DNA of 24,033 nucleotides. It comes from Verrucomicrobia bacterium UBA3869 (GTDB taxonomy: Bacteria > Verrucomicrobiota > Verrucomicrobiia > Opitutales > UBA9783). The notes beneath the pieces were generated by a model, which saw nothing but the letters and a program-made list of their open reading frames with translations, did not search any database and had not been told where the DNA came from. The stretch spans positions 1 to 24,033 of the forward strand of contig DGGR01000017.1 of NCBI GenBank assembly GCA_002392285.1, read 5' to 3'. Each line of letters starts with the position of its first letter. Position 1 is the stretch's first letter. This document shows, piece after piece, positions 1 through 7,208 of the stretch. Made by a program: the position numbers and the translations under genes.

Positions 1-715
1 TTAAAAACTCCGGATGCGGGCGAACAACAACGCGATAATCCGTGCTTTTCAAAGTATCGATGAGAGAATCAATTCCCTGTTCCATTAAATTTCCCGGACC
101 CCAGGTCGGCGCGACCAACACGGTTGTTTGATCCGGGAATTTCGGGGTGTAATGCTGAAATTTTTGATACACAACATCGATACGCGGATAACCCACGGGT
201 AGCAATTGTTTTGCAGGTAAGGCATACACCTGTTCCCGCTTTTTTATTTCTTCGGTATGATGAGGGCCTACGCAAAAAATGGCATCATAAGCATCAAAAG
301 CAGTTTCGTTGTATTGCAAATGGGTACTGGAAAAAGCGTGAAATAGATAGAGGTAGGTTTTTACCTTCTTGGATTTTCGAAACGCACGCACCTGCGTACT
401 GTTTAAATCGGGTGCAGTCCAAACAAAACACCTTGCATCGATGCGATCCATAACCGATTTCAAACAAAGGTCAAAATAGAAGGGATGTAAGCGTTCGTGA
501 TGATGCGTTAAAATCGGATCCTTTGGGTCATTGGTAAGGTAACTGAACTGGATGGATGGATTTTTCAGCAATTCGATAATAAAGGGCTCAAACGTTTGAT
601 AATAGATAGCGCTTTCGGAAAAAAACACTAATTGGCGACAAGGCGCGAAGTCTTTGCTAAAAAAACGATTGTATGCCTTGAATTCCCCTAATAGACTTAG
701 GATGTGTTGGAACAT
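1..715 (-). CDS. CDP-glycerol glycerophosphotransferase (TagB/TagF, Glyphos_transf)-family phosphotransferase; N-terminal 238 aa only, 3' end runs off the window
   Basis: Not in the supplied ORF track because there is no stop in the window. My own minus-strand translation from the ATG (complement of 715-713) stays open to base 1: MFQHILSLLGEFKAYNRFFSKDFAPCRQLVFFSESAIYYQTFEPFIIELLKN...YLYLFHAFSSTHLQYNETAFDAYDAIFCVGPHHTEEIKKREQVYALPAKQLLPVGYPRIDVVYQKFQHYTPKFPDQTTVLVAPTWGPGNLMEQGIDSLIDTLKSTDYRVVVRPHPEFL. The motifs GYPRxD, xxAPTW and a later HP are those I associate with TagF-like enzymes. The track ORFs 69..275(-) and 124..453(+) are out-of-frame shadows of this gene. Confidence 0.6.
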   Translation of the reverse strand, partial: MFQHILSLLGEFKAYNRFFSKDFAPCRQLVFFSESAIYYQTFEPFIIELLKNPSIQFSYLTNDPKDPILTHHHERLHPFYFDLCLKSVMDRIDARCFVWTAPDLNSTQVRAFRKSKKVKTYLYLFHAFSSTHLQYNETAFDAYDAIFCVGPHHTEEIKKREQVYALPAKQLLPVGYPRIDVVYQKFQHYTPKFPDQTTVLVAPTWGPGNLMEQGIDSLIDTLKSTDYRVVVRPHPEFL

Positions 716-3691
716 AATTATCAATGTATTATCTTGGGGGCTGGGCGGTCAAAACAATTAACCCAAAATCCCGCGCTGGTTAATATTGATCAAGACCAAT
801 GCACTTTGGATTGGTTGCTTAAAACCGTAGGGGCTAATGCTTGCAGCAGTATTTTTGTTGGTGGATATACCTTTGATACGATTGCCCAAAAATATCCGCA
901 ATTGCGTTTTGTTTGCAATGCACAATGGGCGAAAACCGGCTGTGAAACCTCGTTGTACCTATCTCAATTCGACCCAAAACTCCCTGCATTTATATGCTAT
1001 GGGGATATCTTGGTGCGCTCTGCATTGGTTGAATTGGTTCTGAAAGTGGCCGAAGCTGATGATAGCGATGGGGTTATTACCTTGGATTCCCATACGCAGT
1101 TGTTGGATACCAAAGAAAACTATGAATGCTTCGAAGGAACGTTAAAGGGCCAATACGGAAATTACCCCTTCGTGGGATGTGTGTATTTAAAACCTAAGGC
1201 ATTGGGGCTCTTACACCAACAGCAGTGTTTTCGCAACAATGGGAAAAATTACCGCCTATCTGACTTGATACACCTCTGCCAGGATAAATTACGATTGACT
1301 TGCGTAGATGCGCATGGATTGTGGGCTGAAATCTTACGCCCCATTGATATTACCAAGTTTATCCTAACAACGAAATCCGAAACGCTCCAAACCTTGCAGC
1401 GTCATATTACCCAAGCACGGATGTTGGATCAGGTCCATTTTTCGGTTAAGGAGTGGCGTGAACAATCTTCTAGTTTGGTTTCGTGTATCCTGCAAACATT
1501 CCCACATCAACCATTGGTAGTGCGCAGTAGTTCACTGCAGGAAGATAACTTTACACAGGCCAATGCGGGTAAATTCGAAAGTATTTTAAACGTTCAGCCA
1601 GAAGCAACCGTTATTAAAGCAGCCGTTGATACCGTCATTCAATCCTATGGAACGCCGAAAGAAGCGGACCAGGTGTTGGTTCAACCCATGTTGCCGAATG
1701 TTAAATTGAGCGGAGTTGTTTTTACCCGTAGCCTGCAGCACAGTGCCCCTTACTATATTGTGAATTATGATGGGACGAGCACCGAATCCGTTACGAGTGG
1801 CCAAAGTACGCAGGATGTTACCTTTTATCATTGGAAACACGCCCCGATTCCGTCCCATGCACCTGATTTTTATCCACGCTTACAAGCAGCGATTCAAGAG
1901 ATTGAGCACCTAACCCAATGGGATGCGTTGGATATTGAGTTCGCGGTTACTCAGCAAAACGAACTGTATTTGTTCCAAGTACGACCTTTGGTCGCGCGTC
2001 ACTTGCAGGAAATTAGCGACGAACAGCTTCAGCAATGTTTGGATGAAGCCGCAGAGCGCTTCGATTCGCTACAAATCCCCCAGGAAGCAATTGCGGGGCA
2101 ACATACGATTTTCGGTGTTATGCCTGATTGGAACCCGGCTGAAATGATTGGAACGAAACCGAATGCGTTAGCGGCTTCCCTCTATCGTACGCTGATCACA
2201 GACTCCATTTGGGCACAACAAAGGGCGGAATTTGGTTATAAAGACGTACGGCCTTATCCCTTGATGGTGAGCTTTTCAGGTCACCCATATATCGATGTGC
2301 GTGCCAGTATCCATTCGTTTATCCCAAAGTCCGTTCCTACTGAAACAACCGGCAAGTTGGTTACATTTTTCGTTAACCGTTTAAAACAGCATCCTGAATG
2401 GCATGATAAGTTGGAGTTTAAGGTGATGCCGACGTGCGACACCTGCGATTTTGATGAACGTTGGCACGCGTTGTTAACCAAAGATGCAGGGTTATCGGTA
2501 ATGGAATATCAACAGTATCGCTCGGCTTTGCACGAAATAACCCACGCTGCTTTGATTCAATGCGAAGCCTACTACAAAGCTATTAAGGCGATCGAAGAGC
2601 GTTTTGCACGTATTAAAGCGTCTCAGCAAGCGGATAGCGATAAAATTTACACTTTGATTGAAACAGCCAAAATAGGTACGCTCAACTTTTCCCATTTGGC
2701 CCGATGCGGCTTTATTGCACGTTCCTTGCTGCAGGCTTATGAAGCACAGGGGATTATTACCAAGGAAGAAAGTCAGTCGCTTGTTGACGCTATTCAGACG
2801 ATTGCGGGACAATTTTTTAAGGATACTCAAGCTGCGATTGCGGGTAAAGGTTCTAAGCAAGCCTGTTTGGATATCTATGGGCATTTGCGTCCAGGAACCT
2901 ATGACATTACGTCGCCAACCTACCGTTCTGATCCTGAAAAATACTTGTTTGTAAAAAGCACAGTGGAATTGAGTCAGCGTTCCAAGGCAGCCTTTAGTTA
3001 TAACAAGCTAGAAGCCGCTTTACAAAAGGACTGGGGATTTTCACTTACGGCATTTCGCCAATTTTTACAATGCGCGATTGCTGGTCGAGAATATTCAAAA
3101 TTTATCTTTACGCGCTACATTTCTTTAATCCTGGATTTGATACAAGCAATTGGCGCTCGCTATGGATTTTCCCCACAAGAGCTGGAGCATGTACCCATTA
3201 CGGTTTTTCAGCAACTGCGCGGGGGTATTGATGCATCAAAAACCTTGAAAGCTTTGTTACAAACAACCATCGAACAAGGTGCGTTGGATTACTGTTTCGC
3301 TCAGGCTATAGAATTGCCGCCGCTGATTACCAACAAGAGCGATTTTTATGCCTTCTTTGTGCCTAAAACATTGCCGAATTTTATTGGAAATCAAAAGGCC
3401 GAAGCACCTTTGGTTTACCTCAAAAATTCTGATCAAATGGATGGTGCCGCTTTGCGCGATAAGATTGTTTTGATTGAAAAGGCAGATCCTGGGTTTGACT
3501 GGATTCTAAATTACGCTATTGCTGGGTTGATCACCGCTTATGGAGGCCCCAATTCCCATATGGCCATTCGTTCGGCCGAATGTCACTTGCCGGCAGCCAT
3601 TGGAATTGGAGAAGCGCTGTTTGACTCGCTCAAAACAGCTCAATTGGTTCACTTAGATTGCGCCAATCACACGTTAAAACGCATCCGATAA
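704..3691 (+). CDS. Three-module fusion of an N-terminal nucleotidyltransferase-like domain, a PPDK_N/PEP-synthase-type ATP-grasp domain, and a C-terminal PEP-utilizer phosphohistidine swivel domain; candidate Cj1418-like amide/small-molecule kinase (L-glutamine kinase type)
   Basis: 995-aa ORF with a GTG start at 704 (TTG 707 is an alternative; AGGA at 699-702). aa 8-220: IILGAGRSKQL...GGY...YGDIL, an NTase/GT-A-like domain. aa ~225-450: VVRSSSLQEDNFTQANAGKFESILNV...VLVQPMLPNVKLSGVVFTRS...LDIEFAV...LYLFQVRPL, classic PPDK_N ATP-grasp motifs. aa ~905-995: ITAYGGPNSHMAIRSAECHLPAAIGIG, a PEP-utilizer mobile-domain signature with the putative phospho-His at codon 3557-3559. The order ATP-grasp, central domain, C-terminal His domain is the architecture of rifampin phosphotransferase and Cj1418, not of bona fide PEP synthase. 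Confidence 0.85.
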   Translation: MLEHNYQCIILGAGRSKQLTQNPALVNIDQDQCTLDWLLKTVGANACSSIFVGGYTFDTIAQKYPQLRFVCNAQWAKTGCETSLYLSQFDPKLPAFICYGDILVRSALVELVLKVAEADDSDGVITLDSHTQLLDTKENYECFEGTLKGQYGNYPFVGCVYLKPKALGLLHQQQCFRNNGKNYRLSDLIHLCQDKLRLTCVDAHGLWAEILRPIDITKFILTTKSETLQTLQRHITQARMLDQVHFSVKEWREQSSSLVSCILQTFPHQPLVVRSSSLQEDNFTQANAGKFESILNVQPEATVIKAAVDTVIQSYGTPKEADQVLVQPMLPNVKLSGVVFTRSLQHSAPYYIVNYDGTSTESVTSGQSTQDVTFYHWKHAPIPSHAPDFYPRLQAAIQEIEHLTQWDALDIEFAVTQQNELYLFQVRPLVARHLQEISDEQLQQCLDEAAERFDSLQIPQEAIAGQHTIFGVMPDWNPAEMIGTKPNALAASLYRTLITDSIWAQQRAEFGYKDVRPYPLMVSFSGHPYIDVRASIHSFIPKSVPTETTGKLVTFFVNRLKQHPEWHDKLEFKVMPTCDTCDFDERWHALLTKDAGLSVMEYQQYRSALHEITHAALIQCEAYYKAIKAIEERFARIKASQQADSDKIYTLIETAKIGTLNFSHLARCGFIARSLLQAYEAQGIITKEESQSLVDAIQTIAGQFFKDTQAAIAGKGSKQACLDIYGHLRPGTYDITSPTYRSDPEKYLFVKSTVELSQRSKAAFSYNKLEAALQKDWGFSLTAFRQFLQCAIAGREYSKFIFTRYISLILDLIQAIGARYGFSPQELEHVPITVFQQLRGGIDASKTLKALLQTTIEQGALDYCFAQAIELPPLITNKSDFYAFFVPKTLPNFIGNQKAEAPLVYLKNSDQMDGAALRDKIVLIEKADPGFDWILNYAIAGLITAYGGPNSHMAIRSAECHLPAAIGIGEALFDSLKTAQLVHLDCANHTLKRIR

Positions 3692-3696
3692 CAACT

Positions 3697-4353
3697 ATGG
3701 ACCCAGCAACAAACCCATTGGAATCGCACAACCTTAAATGGCTAAAAATCGGGCTATCTCAGCGCACCATTCAGGCAGCGGAAGCCCAGGGGGTAGTTAG
3801 TCCATCCGATGAACTGCACGATGAATTGAGTCAGCAATGGACCACCTTATTAAACGCTCGCCATTTGTTGACCCTACCCATTCCCAACCTGGTTCCATTA
3901 CAACCGTGGCTATCGGCGGTGAATTTAGACGGAATTTTGTTGAGTGGAGGCAATGATCACGCTACCCGCAGTACCTGCGAAACCGCTTGTATCGAATACA
4001 GCATACAGCATCGCTTGCCCCTCATGGGCATTTGCCATGGGTTCCAATGCATCGCACGTTATTTCGGAGCAACCTTAATACCTATTCAAGGGCATGTTGG
4101 ATGTACGCATCCGGTTCAAATTCATGAAAATCCCTATATCCCAACAGGTACCCAAATCGTTAATTCCTTCCATACGCTAACGATAGCAACGCTTCCAGAT
4201 GGGTTTAAGCCACTCGCAACCGATTTGGAAGGCCATTTGGAGGCAATTTACCACGAAACGCTCCCGATAGTAGCTTTCATATGGCATCCGGAACGTCCTC
4301 CGTTCGATGCCAAGTGGAACGCATGGGCTTATTCTTTTTATGCAAAAAACTAA
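3697..4353 (+). CDS. Class-I glutamine amidotransferase-like hydrolase (peptidase C26 / gamma-glutamyl hydrolase type); candidate Cj1417-like gamma-glutamyl-CDP-amidate hydrolase
   Basis: The track ORF is 3658..4353. I prefer ATG 3697, which lies 5 nt after the upstream stop (product MDPATNPLESH...). Nucleophile elbow LMGICHGFQCIARYFG (Cys codon 4033-4035). C-terminal FIWHPE supplies the His/Glu pair (His 4285-4287, Glu 4291-4293). ILLSGGND precedes the elbow, as is typical of this fold. Confidence 0.8.
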   Translation: MDPATNPLESHNLKWLKIGLSQRTIQAAEAQGVVSPSDELHDELSQQWTTLLNARHLLTLPIPNLVPLQPWLSAVNLDGILLSGGNDHATRSTCETACIEYSIQHRLPLMGICHGFQCIARYFGATLIPIQGHVGCTHPVQIHENPYIPTGTQIVNSFHTLTIATLPDGFKPLATDLEGHLEAIYHETLPIVAFIWHPERPPFDAKWNAWAYSFYAKN

Positions 4354-5077
4354 GGTTTTTATTTTATGCGCCGGCGAAGGTAAACGCTTACGTCCGTATA
4401 CCGAGCATCAACCCAAATGCATGGTCCCTTACCAAGGGAAGCCGCTTGTAGCGTATCAATTGGATTTGTTCGCTCAACAGGGGCTTCGGGATATTGTTCT
4501 CATTGGTGGGTATTGCCATACGCTGTTGCCTAAACAAGCTACGGTGGTGGTTAATCCCGATTATGTTAAAACCAATATGGTCTATAGCCTGTTTTGCGCG
4601 CAGGAACAAATGGATGAAGCTTGCGATTGGCTCATTACCTATGGCGATATCATTTACCATGCGTCGGTATTGCAAGCGATGCTCAAAGCCAACGAATCCA
4701 TTGCGGTTGCAACCGATGTTGATTGGCAGTGTTATTGGAAACGGCGTATGGAAGATCCGTTGAAGGATGCGGAAACCTTTCGCTGGGATACACAAACCCA
4801 TCGCATTATTGAAATCGGCAAAAAACCGAAAACTTTGGCGGATATCCAAGGCCAGTACATTGGTTTTATTAAGGTAGCGGCTCAATATACCAAGGTTTTT
4901 AAGCAAGCCTATCGGCAGTTTTTAAACGTTCATCCAAGTCCAAAAACCGCTTATATGACAGATTTTTTGCAGTTTTTAATCGACCAAAAAATTCCGCTGT
5001 ATGGCGTACCCATTCACAATCATTGGGCTGAATTTGATACGGTTCAGGACCTATTGTTAACATTAGATTGGCTATAA
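4340..5077 (+). CDS. Nucleotidyltransferase (LicC/NTP_transf_3-like cytidylyltransferase type); candidate Cj1416-like CTP:phosphoglutamine cytidylyltransferase
   Basis: The track ORF is 4307..5077. I prefer ATG 4340 (MQKTKVFILCAGEGKRLRPYTEHQPKCMVPYQGKPL), which overlaps the upstream stop by 14 nt and suggests translational coupling. It has a canonical GxGxRLxPxTxxxPK signature, YGDII, and later KDAETF and GQYIGF motifs. Confidence 0.8.
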   Translation: MQKTKVFILCAGEGKRLRPYTEHQPKCMVPYQGKPLVAYQLDLFAQQGLRDIVLIGGYCHTLLPKQATVVVNPDYVKTNMVYSLFCAQEQMDEACDWLITYGDIIYHASVLQAMLKANESIAVATDVDWQCYWKRRMEDPLKDAETFRWDTQTHRIIEIGKKPKTLADIQGQYIGFIKVAAQYTKVFKQAYRQFLNVHPSPKTAYMTDFLQFLIDQKIPLYGVPIHNHWAEFDTVQDLLLTLDWL

Positions 5078-5132
5078 TCCACGTTTGATTCCTCGCTGTA
5101 ATTCCCTTATAATAAGCTTAATAGAGGCGTAC

Positions 5133-7208
5133 ATGAGGAATATGACTAAGAAAGCAACGACTGTCCATGCTAAAACAGCGAAAAAAACCTTAAAGCTGTC
5201 CGATAAAAAATCCTGCATCCGTAGTGCATCCACTAAACGGGTAAGAGCTGCCAAATTAACTCCTGTTATCGATTACCATGCAGCTTGGGAATTAGCCAAT
5301 CAGGCTGATTTGCTCGCCTTCCAACAAGGGCACTGCAATCGCATTTACAACGTACTTGGTTCTCATCCTGCAACTGAAGAAGAGAAATCGGGCTATCACT
5401 TTGCGGTATGGGCTCCGAATGCAAAATCTGTATCTGTGGTAGGGGATTTTAATCAATGGGATTCGAAGAAAAATCCTATGTACTTACACAATCTTTTTGG
5501 GGTATGGGAAGCATTTGTTCCTGGCGCTACAGTAGGACAAAAATACAAATATGCCGTTATCGGATGCAATCAACAATTGCAGTTGAAAGCTGATCCGTAC
5601 GGCAATTGGGGTGAACATACAGATTCGCACGCGTCCATCCTATGTCCTACCTTAAACCGATACGAGTGGAACGACAATACGTGGCTGCAAAAGCGCGCTA
5701 GACATAATTGCCAAGAACAGCCCTTGTCGATCTATGAGCTTCACATCGATTCTTGGCGTCACAATGCAAAAGACAATCCGCTCACTTACCGAGAATTAGC
5801 ACAGCAACTAGCGCAGTATTTAAAAGCTACAGATTTTACGCATGTTGAATTGATGCCGATTATGGAGCATCCCTTTACGGATTCCTGGGGCTATCAAATA
5901 ACTGGGTTTTATGCGCCCACCTCGCGTTATGGGACACCGGAAGACTTTCAGTATTTAATCGATACGCTGCATCAAGCTAATATTGGCGTCATTCTCGATT
6001 GGGTACCCGGTCACTTCCCAACCGACGATTTTGGTTTGGCGCGCTTTGATGGTACCGCTTTGTATGAACATGCCGATCCGCGCCAAGGTATCCATCCAGA
6101 TTGGGGAACCTATATCTTTAATTATGGACGCAACGAGGTCCGCAATTTCCTCATCAGCAACGCATTGTTTTGGATTGAGCAATTCCATATCGATGGTTTA
6201 CGTTTGGATGCAGTTGCTTCCATGCTTTATTTGGATTATTCTCGCAAACCTGATGCATGGATCCCCAACCAATACGGAGGTAAAGAGAATATAGATGCCA
6301 TTAATTTCTTGCGTGAACTCAATAACATCATCCATTCATCCTATCCTGGCGTTCTATCGATTGCTGAGGAATCAAGTTCCTTTGGTCGCGTTTCTCAACC
6401 AACTCAATCTTATGGATTGGGATTTGATTTTAAATGGAACATGGGTTGGATGCATGATGTATCCAATTACTGTAAATTGGATCCGATTTTCCGCAAATAT
6501 CATCACAACAAAATGACCTTTGCGATGCTTTATCAACGCTCAGAGCATTTCATCAATGTCTTTTCGCACGATGAAGTGGTTTACGGCAAAGGTTCGATGG
6601 TACAGAAAATGGGTTCGCCTTATTTAAGCGATAAACTGAGTACCTTGCGCGCCCTCTATACTTTTATGTGGGGATGGCCAGGCAAAAAAACACTCTTTAT
6701 GGGCAACGAATTCGCTCAGCTCGATGAATGGGATTTCCACAAGGCTTTGTCTTGGGAATTGTTGGAGAAACCAGAACATCAAGGGATGTTGCGCTTAATC
6801 TTTGATTTAAATCACCTCTACCGCACGCTGCGTTTTTGGCACGAAGGCGATATGTACGAAGGAAGTTTTTCTTGGATCAACCCAGAGGATTGCGATAACA
6901 GCGTATTCTCATTTATACGCAAAAGCGCTTCCTCAACCCATACGCTCTTGTTTATCTCGAACTTTACGCCAATTGAGCATTCAAATTACGAATGCGGCGT
7001 TCCTTTCGCCGGTACTTGGCATGAATTGCTTAACTCCGATAGTACATCCTATGGCGGACTTAATCGTGGGAATTTAGGCTCTGTAACTGCGATCAAGCAA
7101 GAACGCGACCTGCAACCCTGCACACTTAGCTTATACCTACCCCCGCTAAGTACGATTGTCTTAGAGTTTAAACGTACTCATATGAAGGCATGCGATAAAA
7201 GTGCTTAG
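5133..7208 (+). CDS. glgB: 1,4-alpha-glucan branching enzyme GlgB (GH13 with CBM48), carrying a Lys-rich N-terminal extension
   Basis: HFAVWAPNAKSVSVVGDFNQWD (CBM48). GH13 catalytic motifs are VILDWVPGHF, GLRLDAVASMLY, LSIAEESS and FSHDEV. The track ORF starts at 5085. ATG 5133 has GAGG upstream, and ATG 5142 is an alternative. Confidence 0.9.
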   Translation: MRNMTKKATTVHAKTAKKTLKLSDKKSCIRSASTKRVRAAKLTPVIDYHAAWELANQADLLAFQQGHCNRIYNVLGSHPATEEEKSGYHFAVWAPNAKSVSVVGDFNQWDSKKNPMYLHNLFGVWEAFVPGATVGQKYKYAVIGCNQQLQLKADPYGNWGEHTDSHASILCPTLNRYEWNDNTWLQKRARHNCQEQPLSIYELHIDSWRHNAKDNPLTYRELAQQLAQYLKATDFTHVELMPIMEHPFTDSWGYQITGFYAPTSRYGTPEDFQYLIDTLHQANIGVILDWVPGHFPTDDFGLARFDGTALYEHADPRQGIHPDWGTYIFNYGRNEVRNFLISNALFWIEQFHIDGLRLDAVASMLYLDYSRKPDAWIPNQYGGKENIDAINFLRELNNIIHSSYPGVLSIAEESSSFGRVSQPTQSYGLGFDFKWNMGWMHDVSNYCKLDPIFRKYHHNKMTFAMLYQRSEHFINVFSHDEVVYGKGSMVQKMGSPYLSDKLSTLRALYTFMWGWPGKKTLFMGNEFAQLDEWDFHKALSWELLEKPEHQGMLRLIFDLNHLYRTLRFWHEGDMYEGSFSWINPEDCDNSVFSFIRKSASSTHTLLFISNFTPIEHSNYECGVPFAGTWHELLNSDSTSYGGLNRGNLGSVTAIKQERDLQPCTLSLYLPPLSTIVLEFKRTHMKACDKSA

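Noticed and set aside
69-453. Track ORFs 69..275(-) and 124..453(+) as genes
   Set aside because: Both lie inside a longer minus-strand reading frame, in another frame, that is open from 715 to base 1. That frame has clear TagF-family motifs. Neither short product has recognisable features.
704-3691. Annotating the 995-aa protein as PEP synthase / pyruvate phosphate dikinase, or as a rifampin phosphotransferase (resistance gene)
   Set aside because: The phospho-His swivel domain is at the extreme C-terminus and there is no C-terminal TIM-barrel PEP/pyruvate domain, so this is not PpsA or PPDK. Rifampin phosphotransferase shares the architecture. However, the operon partners (a C26 amidotransferase and an NTase, in Cj1418-1417-1416 order) argue for a biosynthetic kinase. 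The RPH reading cannot be fully excluded without alignment.
5072-5254. 60-aa minus-strand ORF with a hydrophobic helix, antisense to the glgB 5' region
   Set aside because: It overlaps the only possible translated N-terminus of glgB. It has no Shine-Dalgarno sequence or promoter signal, and its hydrophobicity is what is expected from the antisense of a Lys-rich (AAA/AAG giving TTT/CTT) segment.
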